A model generated the notes under the pieces. That model had not been told where the DNA came from. It ran no database searches and saw only the letters and a program-made list of their open reading frames with translations. A stretch of 34,639 bases of DNA, from assembly GCA_000934665.2 (NCBI GenBank), contig JYFJ02004115.1:1-34639 (forward strand), in the 5' to 3' direction. Positions 21,774 through 32,539 of the stretch are shown piece by piece. Both the position numbers and the translations under genes were made by a program. Positions within the stretch are counted from its first letter, which is position 1, and the number at the start of each line of letters is the position of its first letter. The DNA comes from Catajapyx aquilonaris (taxonomy: Eukaryota).

Positions 21774-22737
21774 CGGTGAAACCTGCCCATTACGGACCCT
21801 GGGTATAGCAGAAACGTATCCATTGTAGAATTTTTTCTGGGAATGGGCGTATGCATATGGCATGCAATGTGTTATTTGACGGCTATTACGGAACCTGCCC
21901 AATGCAGAAACGGAAAGGATTTTTGGCTCCCTTCAGAGAAAGTCTCTGTTCATAACGGAAATCAAAAGGTTCACATTATCTCCTGCTAGTCACAAAAATG
22001 GAAACTACAGTAAGGTTCACTTTCAGCCCTCCCAGGTTGCCTCTGAGTAACCCTTTCTGGACCATCTGACACCATACTGTGTCTCATAATTATTGCTGGT
22101 ATTTCTATCAACCCGTGGCCTTGGAAGATATTGGTGCCAGGGGACTATTTTTGGTTGTAAAACAGAGACGGCTGCTGTAGGGCCAAGAAGATTGTGACTC
22201 GTGATTCGTAGGTGCCCTGCCTTCAAGTTTAGTTCATCGTTCAGTCCAGTTTTAAAATGTGGGGGAAGAGGAAGGGGTTGACACAGGCTTGTCTAGGCCG
22301 ATGGTCCAATAGGGCAGGCAAAATTAATAGGCCAAAAACTTGGTGTGGCAAAATTTAGTGCTTCATGTAGGTGGATGGAAAGTTTCCGCATCAGGCACAG
22401 ACTTTCGTGGAAAACAGTGTGTGGTGATGCAAGTGTCGTGAATCTCGAAGTAGAACATTGGAAGGGGAAAGTGGGAAGAGTTTGTTCAGGGTATTCCAAG
22501 GAAGCCATTTTCAACTGCAAGGTTTTTTTATATGTGCTGTATGCCAGGCAAAACAGGCTATTCCACAAAAATGCTACTGTATGGACTGATTTTGCACCAC
22601 ATTGAGGTAAGGTGCTTATTTTTGCTCTCCCATTTTCCTCATATCAGTAAAGTCCTTGATCTGAATATAGCGGAAACCTATCCATTACGGAAAATTTTGG
22701 GGGTCCCATGCGATTCTGCAATACACAGGGTTCACTC
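21774..22737. mobile_element. Degenerate pogo/Tigger-like non-autonomous element
   Basis: TA-CGGTGAAACCTG left end, CAGGGTTCACTC right end, repeated GAAACCT..CCATTACGGA units at both ends. Confidence 0.55.
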
Positions 22738-23003
22738 AGACTTCAATATATTATTATTATAACTTTTCTTTGTTACTTGTAATTGATTTTTAAATGTCTA
22801 AATGTGTATTAATCATAATTTAGACTTACTGCAGGTACTCATGCATGTTTAACTCCCCCTGTTAAGCTATATTGCCATCACCTATGCATGTAGGTGACTT
22901 GGTCCCAAGGGGTTAAAAATGTCTAATTATGTACGGTTCATTTTATCCGCTGGTTTCACTAATTTGTGGGAGGCTGGGAACCAATTGCCACAGATAACTA
23001 AGG

Positions 23004-23233
23004 CAGTGGTTCCCAACCTGTGGGTCACGAATCCTTTTCTGGGGGGTCCCACGTGACCGCGGGGTTATTTTTATAACTTTAAAAAATTAATAACATTAAA
23101 AAATTAATTCAATAAATTTTATAGCCAATTTTGCCAGGAAGTTTTTTTTCAACATCTACTTAAGACTGGGGGGGGCAGGTTACTTGACTATCATAAAAGG
23201 GGGTTGTGACCCAAAAATGGTTGGGAACCACTG
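23004..23233. mobile_element. hAT (Charlie/Buster-type) MITE
   Basis: TIRs CAGTGGTTCCCAACC / GGTTGGGAACCACTG. 8-bp TSD AACTAAGG / AACTAGGG (one mismatch). Confidence 0.92.
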
Positions 23234-23821
23234 AACTAGGGGTAAACTGTATGTACCACATTTTTTGCCTTCTTGAAATAATTTATAATTTCCATTTGAT
23301 GCATTTTGAAAGTGTAAAAATATGCAGAAAGAACCCAGGTCTACACTGGTTCAGACATCAGATGCACATTTTCTAAAATCTGGTCATGCCCGATTTTACC
23401 AGCATGCTGCTATTTATGGGGTAATACAATAAGATGTATGAGTACAAGAACTGTACCTGTCTATGCAACTGAACACCTTTTTTGACATTTTATTCCTCTA
23501 GACTGACACTAGTGTTTTAATTTAAATTACCGGACCAATTATAATTTTGAAGGGCTCGAGTAAGCAGGAAAATTACCACAATTATAGCAGTTCAGCAGCC
23601 ATATGGTCAACTGCATTTTATACCGGCAAGCTATTACTCATTTAGTAATACGGAATTAGTCAATAATACAGGTATACTACCCGTTTTATGGCAGGGATTG
23701 GTTCCAGCAACCCAGTGGCAGTGGCAGAAAGTGAATTGGTGTAAAACAAGACAAAATTATAATGTAAGTGAATGATATAGGTTCCAAAATTTCCAAAATG
23801 TTCTAACACTATACTGTTTTC

Positions 23822-23970
23822 GGGGAGGTGGAGTGGTGCTGCGGTAATGCATGCACCCACAGATGTAAGGGTCCTGAGCCTGGACATTCCCCCCTTCATC
23901 TCGTGCGTCTCTGGCTTCATCTCGGGTGGGATTTCCACTAGACTAACCACCCCAGGGAGTTCACAAAATG
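23822..23970 (+). mobile_element. 5' part of SINE family A (B-box deleted, 3'-truncated)
   Basis: GGGAGGTGGAGTGGTGCTGCGGTAATGCA...CCCCTTCATCTCGTGC...GGGAGTTCACAAAATG. Confidence 0.85.
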
Positions 23971-24164
23971 TACAGTACGGAGGGTTGTTTCAGGTCCATG
24001 TGACAGAGTTGCATTGAACCGGGTAGAGTGCAATGGGTATATACGAAGAGCCCTTGACATGCTGCATGTGTCAGTGTAAGGAAATCATTCGATGGTGCGC
24101 CATGCCCCCAAAAATACCTCCATTTTGGGAGGGATACATAGTACTGGCAAAACTAATATAGGGA

Positions 24165-24467
24165 TGTGCAATTAGTTTTGGGCGCCGTAGTGTAGTTAAT
24201 GCATACGGAGCCTTTAAAGTTCCGTGACGTCACATCCGCTCAGCCAGTTTCAAAGAAGCAAAAGCCAGCTCGAGGGCCTCTGAATAATCCAGCCTTGGTC
24301 CCCTAACGCATCGTCCATGTGCAATAGGCGATCAAATCTTATCAGAGTAAGAATCCCGGTGCCACATGTGTGCCCTTTGTCGTTTTTACCTCATATTTTA
24401 CCACCTGGCCCTCTTTAAAGGCGCTGTATGCATTAACTATGCACCGGCACCCAAATCTAATTGCACA
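24165..24467. mobile_element. Palindromic MITE, unclassified
   Basis: ~55-bp imperfect arms TGTGCAATTAG.TTTGGG.GCCG...TAGTTAATGCATAC..GCCTTTAAAG and the reverse complement. Confidence 0.75.
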
Positions 24468-24550
24468 ATTTTAAACCATCGATGGCGGTGAAATTTGCAT
24501 GTCGGCCTCTGGCTTTATAATGGCGTTATTTATGATCGTTTAATTGTAAT

Positions 24551-24793
24551 AATGGATACCCCGTGATAAGCCCACTTGGGCTTTTTAGGGGGTCATCTTT
24601 TAATCATTGCCTTTGCTGTGATGGATTTGGATTGTGGGAGGAAACGGGAGAACCCCGAGAAAACCTACGGGAACACGGAGAGAACCCATTGAAACTCGAT
24701 CCACATAAGTATCCTCTGTCCGATCCGGGGATCGTACTCGGGACTTTAGAGGTGGAAGGCTGTGGCGCTAACCACTCCACCACCATGCCGCCT
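24551..24793 (-). mobile_element. Full-length V-domain SINE (family C) with type-1 tail
   Basis: 13-bp TSD GTTTAATTGTAAT (24538-24550, 24794-24806). Head GGCGGCATGGTGGTGGAGTGGTTAGC; core GTTCTCTCCGTG...GGTTTTCTCGGGGTTCTCCCGTTTCCTCCCACA as in V-SINEs. Confidence 0.9.
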
Positions 24794-25556
24794 GTTTAAT
24801 TGTAATTAAAACAAGAAAACCCAGGTATCTTTGTGTATTTGAGATGGAAAAAATTCGTCGATGTCAATGTCACAGTCGGGGCATTACTTCCGGCACGATA
24901 ACGAAGTTATTTCTGGCAAAGATCTGGACTGACCCAGCCAAATTAGGCCATGTAGTCCATCCATTGACACATATTTGCAATTTACTAATACAGTACATCA
25001 AGTCGCATTGTCTTCACTCTCGCCTCCCCTTCCATCTTCTTATCCTTTTCCTACCTCCTTCTCCACCGCAAATACACGAGATAACTGGATTTTGGTTCTG
25101 TCTTAAGTACAATGAAATTATCATAAATGAGGCGATTGGAGAGCCATAGTCTGCTGCGAAAACGTTGGACCCATTGATAGTAAAGAGGCAATTGTTTTGT
25201 TTGATCACTTAGTTTCCTAAAAATTCATAACTACGCATCATAAGCAAGGCCAACTAAAATTTATACATGACTTTTCTCTCTCCCTTCTCCGAGAAGAAGG
25301 TACAAATTCGAGCGAGTAATGTCCCCACCCACCCCCGCTGAAGGGGCCCCGCGCCTGTATGACTTCGGCTCCGGGCTCCGCGACCCGTATGCACCGCCAC
25401 TGCGTACCTGTACAGAGCAAAATTTTCAGTAGAATTTTATCCCCCCCATTGTTACCTAGAATCATTTTCACTCCTACCCAGTCCTTTTGGATATGAAAAC
25501 TGCTGGCAAGTGGTGGTAATTTTCAGAACATGATATGACTTCTTCCTCAGCGTTAA

Positions 25557-26717
25557 CAAGAGCTAATAACTGAGAGCCTGTGGGGTCAAGGTTGGGGATG
25601 GGGTTCATCCCAAAATAGGCTGGATTGCCTCGGGGGCACAAACCAGACGGGCAAGTCAATGGTTTGGGCTTGGTCATGGTAGGAGGGGGTCAGATAAGTG
25701 AGACCCTTCCTAATCTACCCACCTTGGGCTTATATCAGGTCCAGTAGTGGCCCTTCTAAACTAATCCGATTACTTTTTTAAAGACACACCTTTTTGCACT
25801 TTTGACAGCAAATGTGAATTCTAAGGTGTCGAAAACTTATATTTTCATACCTGATTCATACCAGGCATGTCAAAAGTAGATCTAGCATGATAACTTCAAC
25901 AAATTTTCTTAATATACACATGGGTTCCCGTGGGCCTGTTTGTGACATGCCTGGTACGAATCGAGTATGAAAAGATAGGTTTTCGACACCTTAGAATTCA
26001 TATTTGCTGTCAAAAATGCAAAAAGGTGCTTCTTTAAAAAAGTTATCGGATTAGTTTAGAATGTGCATTTACCCCATATGCATAAGCCCAAGGAGGGTAG
26101 ATTAGGAAAGGTCTCGCTTACCTGACCCCCTCCTACTGTGGCTTGCACTGTTGCAATTTACAGCTCTACCACTTTTTTTTTAAGTTCATCATATTCTGAT
26201 TCCTACTATAACACTGCATATCACGTTTCAGCCAAATTGCGAAATACCGTGGGGAGGGAAAAACTAGCGAAATTTTGAAAATGGGGTATTTTTTGGATAA
26301 TTTTTTTCGGTTATTGGAAGTGGTAATTTCCCTTGTAGTGGGAAAACATTTCCGCCAACCTTTTATGGCCCAGGCTCGATATTTGCCGATTGACAGGGTC
26401 CTACACTGCACGGAGCCTTGAGTGAACCAAGCAGGCTCCGTGATGCATGCTGGGCCTACCAGTCTGGGCAGGGGGGGTCAAAGTCCAGGCGCCCTGGGGC
26501 CTTGAATTCTTCGCACCCACCCCAACCCAAGGTGATAAGTGAAGAACAGAAAGAGTTGACCCCCTGAAGTAGCCACGCCTCTATGGGAAGGACAAAGGTT
26601 CCCTTCTTGGTTTGGCCTAGTCGCGCCAGAGGGAAACTAATCGCAACACTTCCCTGCTCCGTCAGAGGTTCAGTCACGGCAAAGGCCTTGTCACATGCTC
26701 TCAGTTATTAGCTCTTG
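25557..26717. mobile_element. P-superfamily-like non-autonomous element
   Basis: Perfect 21-bp TIR CAAGAGCTAATAACTGAGAGC and 7-bp TSD GCGTTAA (25550-25556, 26718-26724). The superfamily is inferred from the CA.. terminus and TSD length. Confidence 0.8.
25675..26140. mobile_element. Transib-like palindromic MITE nested in the P-like element
   Basis: ~195-bp inverted arms. Termini CATGGTAGGAGGGGGTCAG / CTGACCCCCTCCTACTGTG (reverse complement CACAGTAG...). No clean 5-bp TSD, so the class is tentative. Confidence 0.8.
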
Positions 26718-27203
26718 GCGTTAAGCAAGGTACCATATGTGTAGTGGCATGATCTCAAGTAAAATCCGGGTATAATTATTGAGCCTTTTATAAATTATTT
26801 GTTGGTAACAATATTCAAAACCACGAATTACCTGAATCAATCACTTCTCTTGAATTACTATTGATCATGCAACCTAGCCTTGATGTCACTTCACCAGCGT
26901 TTCAAAATATAAGCCCATATATGTTTGTTTCATTATGAAACAATAGCCATGAATCTTGCGTGCCGGATCTAGCAAAATTACCTACACACACAAAATTGTT
27001 GACTATTTTCACAGAGTAGAAGGAAAATTATCACATGAATGATGCTGCAACTAGTGATGTATTACTACACTTCAGATAATTTTTCTTTAAAAAATCTGAA
27101 GTAGGAACATAGTACGACTCTTACACATTAAGTGCGCCTACAAGTCACAGAATCATGCTAGTGAATTTTACAAACTTACCAGGCCTATCTGAAAGCAACT
27201 TAC

Positions 27204-27322
27204 CACTTACACCAATAGGAAAGACAACCACAAACGAACTGGGTATGGTCCGGTAATATAAAATCTCAAGACAGAAGGCGAGTATCTTGACCAACAGGAA
27301 GCAAACGCCAACTCCCATTACA
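27204..27322 (-). CDS. ERG28: ERG28-like protein, exon 3
   Basis: cttccag|T GTA ATG... to ...AGT G|gtaagt, encoding VMGVGVCFLLVKILAFCLEILYYRTIPSSFVVVFPIGVS (compare ERG28 F.SE...Y.T...P). Preceded by a 69-nt intron. Confidence 0.85.
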
Positions 27323-27391
27323 CTGGAAGAAAAACAACCTTATTACACTCATTTTTGCTGATAACCAGTGTCACTGTCGCAACAAACCCAC

Positions 27392-27482
27392 GATGCATTG
27401 TCTGCATTGATGGCACACTGCACCATTATGATGGCGTTGAGTAAGCAGGTGAATCCCAGGAATCGGGAGAGAGCTTGATGAG
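27392..27482 (-). CDS. ERG28: ERG28-like protein, exon 2
   Basis: ttcctcag|CT CAT CAA... to ...GCA TC|gtgggt, encoding HQALSRFLGFTCLLNAIIMVQCAINADNA (compare ERG28 L.AR.FG.W.LL....R..CAI.I.N). Confidence 0.85.
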
Positions 27483-27556
27483 CTGAGGAAAATACGATAA
27501 TCACCCACAGAGAGTGCTGCATTTACATGCCTGGAATGTACTTTCTAATACCACAC

Positions 27557-27692
27557 CTTGAGCGACATGAGCGTTGGACAGCTCCCCGATGATCGACTCG
27601 GGATCGATGAAGCAGCGGGCCGTTGTTCCCAGATCAACAAAAGCCGCAAAGGCCAGAAGACCTCGCATGAAATCTACCGCTCTATAAACCAT
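27557..27692 (-). CDS. ERG28: ERG28-like protein (ergosterol biosynthesis protein 28 family), exon 1; spliced product 162 aa
   Basis: MVYRAVDFMRGLLAFAAFVDLGTTARCFID resembles the ERG28 N-terminus (LR.WL..V.....G.T...F.D). The donor AAG|gtgtgg gives a 74-nt intron; an alternative in-phase donor lies 30 nt further on. Confidence 0.8.
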
Positions 27693-27699
27693 CTTTCGT

Positions 27700-28100
27700 T
27701 TTTGTTTTCGCTTTCTTGTTGTTATTTTCCTGCTTTTCAAAACTGCCTGATAATCGATGTGGTTTGCAATGGATCACGTAGTCTACTACATGTGCTACTG
27801 CCAGCGAAAATAATCACACAGGTAGTAGGAAATTGCCTTCGCTGTTCGGGCCACGGTTCGGGCTTGTTCGTGACTTCGTGTGCAACTGTATTTTAAAAGA
27901 CAGTAATGCATGTGCACGGTAGGTCGTGTGCACGGTAATGTTCGTGGTAATGTTTTAGTCTAGTATACGCAGTTTTCAGGCACTGCTTGCACTCACTTTA
28001 CAAATGCTGGCTGGATAGAACACGCTCCCAGGTGCTATTTGCTGAAATGCTCTGAGATTGTAAGGTGAAGTCATCAGCATTAATTGTTTATTTTTGCCTT
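27700..28100. promoter_or_regulatory. Putative bidirectional promoter between ERG28-like (-) and the downstream plus-strand gene
   Basis: Divergent start codons 657 bp apart, a CpG-containing unique segment with a duplicated TGTGCACGGTA, and an acceptor (ttttacaag) at 28343 implying a short upstream non-coding exon. Confidence 0.45.
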
Positions 28101-28349
28101 TTTTGTGATTAATGAAACAATTAGTGTTTCTAGGATGACTCCATATATATTGCTATAAGCTGAAGCAATGTAACATGAAAAATCAATGCTGGAAATAAAA
28201 GGGGATTGTGCTGTACGTTTGTTGCGTCAATAAGCAGAACGACATACCTAGTAACCATGGCAATGTGAATGTTATTTATAGCAAGGGCTGGTATTTAGAC
28301 AAGACACCATTGATAGTGTGTCCTGCTGGTTTTTTTTTACAAGGAAGCA

Positions 28350-28970
28350 ATGGGGGACAGACCACAGGCTGTCAAAAGCAGGCCTATGTCGAGGAGGAAA
28401 ACAAATAAACGACCCAGCCTAGTGGTGTCCAGGGGTAAGCCTCCAAGTGCTGGGAAGGCTTCCCAACACCTGAGGCAGTCAAGACAAGCACTGAAGGACA
28501 CACCAGTGGTTTCCAGCAACGCCAGTAAGACAAATAAGTGTTGTTCACTGAGAACACACCCAGAACCAATAACTACCTCTGGTGACGACTTGCCACTAAA
28601 TCATGGATCAAATTTGAAATCGCCAGTCCTTGAGCCACAATCCCACTTGGTTAGGCACCTTAGGAAGTCTTCCCGTCGAGCTTCCCATCCTGCAGGAACC
28701 TCCATCTCATCACTCAAGATGATGGCGATGAACCCCATTAACGCCAAGGGGAAGAAATTCCAGCATCTACTACCCATGGAAATGGTAAATGGTGGGGACT
28801 CAGTGAGACTCAAGACTGAGCTGAAAAAGTACCAGCTGAAGAAGGCTAATAGGCAGAAGCAGTGTGAGCTATCATCACCCGAGGATATTATGGACAAGCT
28901 CCATCTACTATCGCCAAGGGACAGGCCAATGCATAGCGCTATTATTGATGATGGAAAAGAAGACAGACAG
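28350..28970 (+). CDS. First coding exon of a probable vasohibin-like protein (long basic, low-complexity N-terminus)
   Basis: 207-codon open frame flanked by an acceptor at 28343 and a donor CAG|gtttgg. The family assignment rests mainly on the next exon. Confidence 0.7.
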
Positions 28971-28980
28971 GTTTGGGCTC

Positions 28981-29038
<58 letters not shown>

Positions 29039-29053
29039 GTAGTAGTAGTAGTA
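28981..29053. repeat. (AAT)n(AGT)n compound microsatellite
   Basis: Read directly; it starts 10 nt after the splice donor. Confidence 0.95.
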
Positions 29054-30220
29054 GCTTCAAAAGTCCCAAAATTCAGGCATTAGTAAATCTCAACTTTCTC
29101 AACAATTAGTAAATCTCACTTATGGTACACCTACCACCTGAGTTGGCACTGGTTCACATTTTAAGTTATACAGTAGGCCTACAGTAAAAGGAGATTGTGA
29201 CCCCCACCTTTCAACCAAGTTGTTTGATGCATGCCCAATTTTGCCAACCATTGAACTGTTCATTCAAAGATAATGGTAGTTGAAGGGCTGGTTGCATGAT
29301 TGATAGTAAATCCAGAACAAGTGATTAATCTAATGTTATTAACAATTTCATGGTTGTAAAACAAAAAATTCAGGGAACAGTTTTTTCTCCTTTTTCGGGA
29401 TAGGGATGAGTAACTTCATGCATGACATCAGCTCTTATCTCCAGCTTTCCCATCTTTAGATGTTAGGGTGAAGAGAAGAGCTGACATCACATACAGTATC
29501 AACAAAATGACAGCACCAAGTATGAATTTTCTGAGCAGATTAGAACATTTATTAATTCCTATGTCAGCTGCCAGACCCACCAGGTCTACTGTGCTCTAGA
29601 CCTGACATCTGAGCTAATGCCAACAAGTCTCGGCAACAGCTACAAGCAAGGTGCACAGCAGGAGGATAGAAATTCATTAAATTTTTTAATATGTATTGTC
29701 TGCCATGTTGGTATACCTTTCTCCTCTCCCTTCCTCTCTCCCTTATTCTCCCTTTGGGTCGTTTTGGAGTGAATCCTCCTGTTATGTCATGTGGTACAGT
29801 ATGTGAGCTCTCTTTTTCCCCAGAAAAAGGGGATCAAAAAATACAGGTAGAAACACAGTGTTTTTAGTAAAAGATTTATGGCAATTATGTGACACTTCCA
29901 AGCCACATGCAATAGTAATAGGCAATTAACATGTGCCATTTCTTTATTATTCACATCTAGGAACTGGAGGCATTTTCCCTGAAAGCAGGGGCCTGGAAAT
30001 AGGAGGTTGAGATACAGTGGTTTTTATTAATCATTTGTATGTATCAGTTCCTTCATACTTATAGGCAAACCCTATTTGAACACAACCTAATAATTATATG
30101 TGTAAGACTTGGGAGATGAGGATGTTACAATTTATGATCTTTCCCTTCCCCTCTTCTTAGGACTGCAGAAGGTTCTGCACACATTTCCATTTTTTATGAC
30201 ATACAATATGACTTTTCCAG

Positions 30221-30315
30221 ACAATGCTTGATCTACCTCACCTCCCAAAAGAGCATGACGGAAAATCCTCAGGACGTTACCTTGTTGCTGTACAGGAGTA
30301 CATCAGTTATCTTAA
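30221..30315 (+). CDS. Second coding exon of a probable vasohibin-like (tubulin detyrosinase family) protein; gene probably continues beyond the window
   Basis: ttttccag|ACA ATG CTT... to ...CTT AA|gtatgt, encoding TMLDLPHLPKEHDGKSSGRYLVAVQEYISYL, similar to VASH IPIPSVP...ERLEAVQRYIREL. Confidence 0.6.
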
Positions 30316-30416
30316 GTATGTATCTCGTTATTATAGAGCACTAATTATTTGAGAGTTTAACCACCTTTACCACATTTCACTTTCATTTATTAAAATATTA
30401 GTAAGACCAATGCATA

Positions 30417-30744
30417 TACTGGACTCCCGGTTATCCCTGAGCAGATTATCCATGCACACAAAAAAAAGTTAGAAATTAAAGTCCGAAATAATGTCAATCT
30501 GTCTAGCGTGCAAAGAAAATACAACATACTTTTTTTCTGAAGTCAAATTAAAAATCTATTTTAAGTTTTATTATTTTGATTAAACCCTATTTAAGAACGG
30601 TATATACAGTACCGGTAGTTCATTGAAAACCTCTGAATAGCTCAATTTTGTAGTTTTTAGGAGCAGTTTTTCACTTTTGGATTATCCATGTTTTCCTGGC
30701 ACACCTATGTACATTAATTAGCATGGAAAATCGGGAGTGCAATG
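30417..30744. mobile_element. Degenerate Tigger-like MITE
   Basis: GGACTCCCGGTTATCC / GGAAAATCGGGAGTGC imperfect TIRs with GATTATCCATG subterminal repeats. Confidence 0.5.
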
Positions 30745-30941
30745 CAGAAGAGTAACTCATGAATGCATAAAGCATCATCACTAATGGCAATGATCAGTGC
30801 ATAGTGAGTCACCATTCATGGCCTCTTGAAGTCTTGGTTTTGAACTCATCATACATAATACAGCCTCATTAATATTTTTATCATAATGGTTACTCGTATG
30901 ATTTTATAGGATAATTATTCATTTTACAGTCACAATTTTAA

Positions 30942-31171
30942 CCGAAGCAGGTTGGCATAGTGGATAGGGCGTCCGCCTGCTAATCGGGAGGTCCCGGGTT
31001 CGAATCCTGGGGCCGGAAACCCTGACCGTGGTTTTCTGTGGTTTTCCACGGTCTTTCTAGGATAATTCCGGGGTCACTTCCGTATATAATAGGCCACAGC
31101 CGCTTCCTTCCTTCCCTATCCTTGGAGGTTGAAAGGCAATGCTGGGCCAACATCCTTAATATCAATTATAA
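30942..31171 (+). mobile_element. Full-length SINE family B with a third type of tail
   Basis: 14-bp TSD AGTCACAATTTTAA (30928-30941, 31172-31185). A-box TGGCATAGTGG, B-box GGTTCGAATCC. Confidence 0.93.
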
Positions 31172-32539
31172 AGTCACAATTTTAATATAATCTATGGGTG
31201 ATAGATCTTTATACAGGGTGTTTCTTACTAGTATGTCATCCTTGGCATACTTGTTGGCCCAAAACAAGTCAAAAATGTAGGGTCTGGAGAAAGATCAAGG
31301 AACCGACCAGAGTAATGATAAAAATGGCAGCACAGTAAGTGACAAAAAATGACAGTGAGCAATGAAACAATAAAAAAACTACTACTTTCTCTCATAGAAA
31401 CTGTTCATAGGTAATTACACGGGAACAGAGACATGATCCACTGTTACTGTACTATTTATTGATTTATCTATTTATTTTCTTTACCCTGATTTTAGGGTAC
31501 TGTTACTGTAGCCTACTACCTGCTGTTATAATGTTCTTGTATGATTTTATTGATCAAGTCATTATTCAACTGCATAATTTTATTTATTTTTCAAATAGGG
31601 AATGTTTCATTTTCATCATGCAGATAAACCAGTTTTCATTGTATTGTTATAAATCAAGCATTTTAAAGCATTCACAAATTTAGAAATGTTTTTTTTTCCA
31701 CCTTTCCTCCCATTAAAACGCAGGTGCCGAAATTAGGAACACTTTTTTTGAAACTGGAAAAATGGGTGTATTCGCTTTTTCAATTTTGTGCTTTTTCCTC
31801 TAAATTTTTGTGAAATTTTCATTGCAGGACCTCGTAGGTAAATGTTCTATGTATTAACATTCATTTTCCTTACATTTCTGTGTTCAGCGTCGGCCATTTT
31901 CTAACATGGGGAAAACAACGTAAGGGTGTCGAAATTTGGGCCCCTTACCCTATATATGGCGATAAGCTACCAGGAGGCAGCCACATTGCCCACATACGCA
32001 TAATTTTTAATTCCTTTTCCATTAACATTTGCTATTGCAATAAATATAAGTACAGCATGAATCCCTTCCAAATGTTGCCTCAGTTCTGGTGGAATTACCC
32101 TCAAAATAGCACCCATGTACTGGTACTGTACCTGTAGGCATAACGCATAACCTACACCAGCGGGAGCATCTCCAAGTACTCCACGTAGAGAGTGAAATGA
32201 AAAATAAAATTTTGAAAATGTTAATGACTTAATTCTCTCACTTTAAGAAAAAGCAGTAACTGTTTTTAAAAAAAACATTCCAGTGTAAAGTATAAGCATT
32301 TAAAAAGAAAATCAATCATTGGGCAGACTTTTGACAACTTCCAAATGGTGAAAGAATTTAGAGAATGACTAGATCCCAACAGACATGGAGATACTTGACA
32401 TGAGTTAATTGTTCAAGTTTTCTGGATAGTTTCAACTGCTATTTTCCTGAAGAATTCCACGAAATATTAAATAAAACTTTTGGGATGTAAGCCAGTACTC
32501 TGCTGTGTTGGAAAAAGCTAGCCTGTGACATAGAAGCAG

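Larger units (their letters stand above)
21074..23249. mobile_element. Tigger-like MITE hosting several nested insertions
   Basis: Left TA-CAGTTGGCCTCTAGTTATCTG. The right TIR CAGATAACTAGGGGTAAACTG-TA is restored when the hAT insertion at 23004-23233 is removed. Confidence 0.75.

Noticed and set aside
22848..22916. Twister-like GGTCCCAAG motif
   Set aside because: The required pseudoknot pairings are not evident; the TTAA...GGGGTTAA boundaries suggest a tiny piggyBac-like remnant.
26570..26660. HDV-like ribozyme on the minus strand (GTT-TCCCTCT-GGC-GCGAC..GG..P4-like stem)
   Set aside because: P1 pairs only 5 of 7, P2 has no complementary partner, and the segment lies inside a TIR-bounded DNA element rather than at a LINE 5' end.
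30942..31015. tRNA genes suggested by A- and B-boxes (also 13110-13186, 14100-14175, 16801-16865, 19980-20056, 24720-24793)
   Set aside because: No complete cloverleaf; each continues into a repeated body and tail, several with TSDs, so they are SINE heads.
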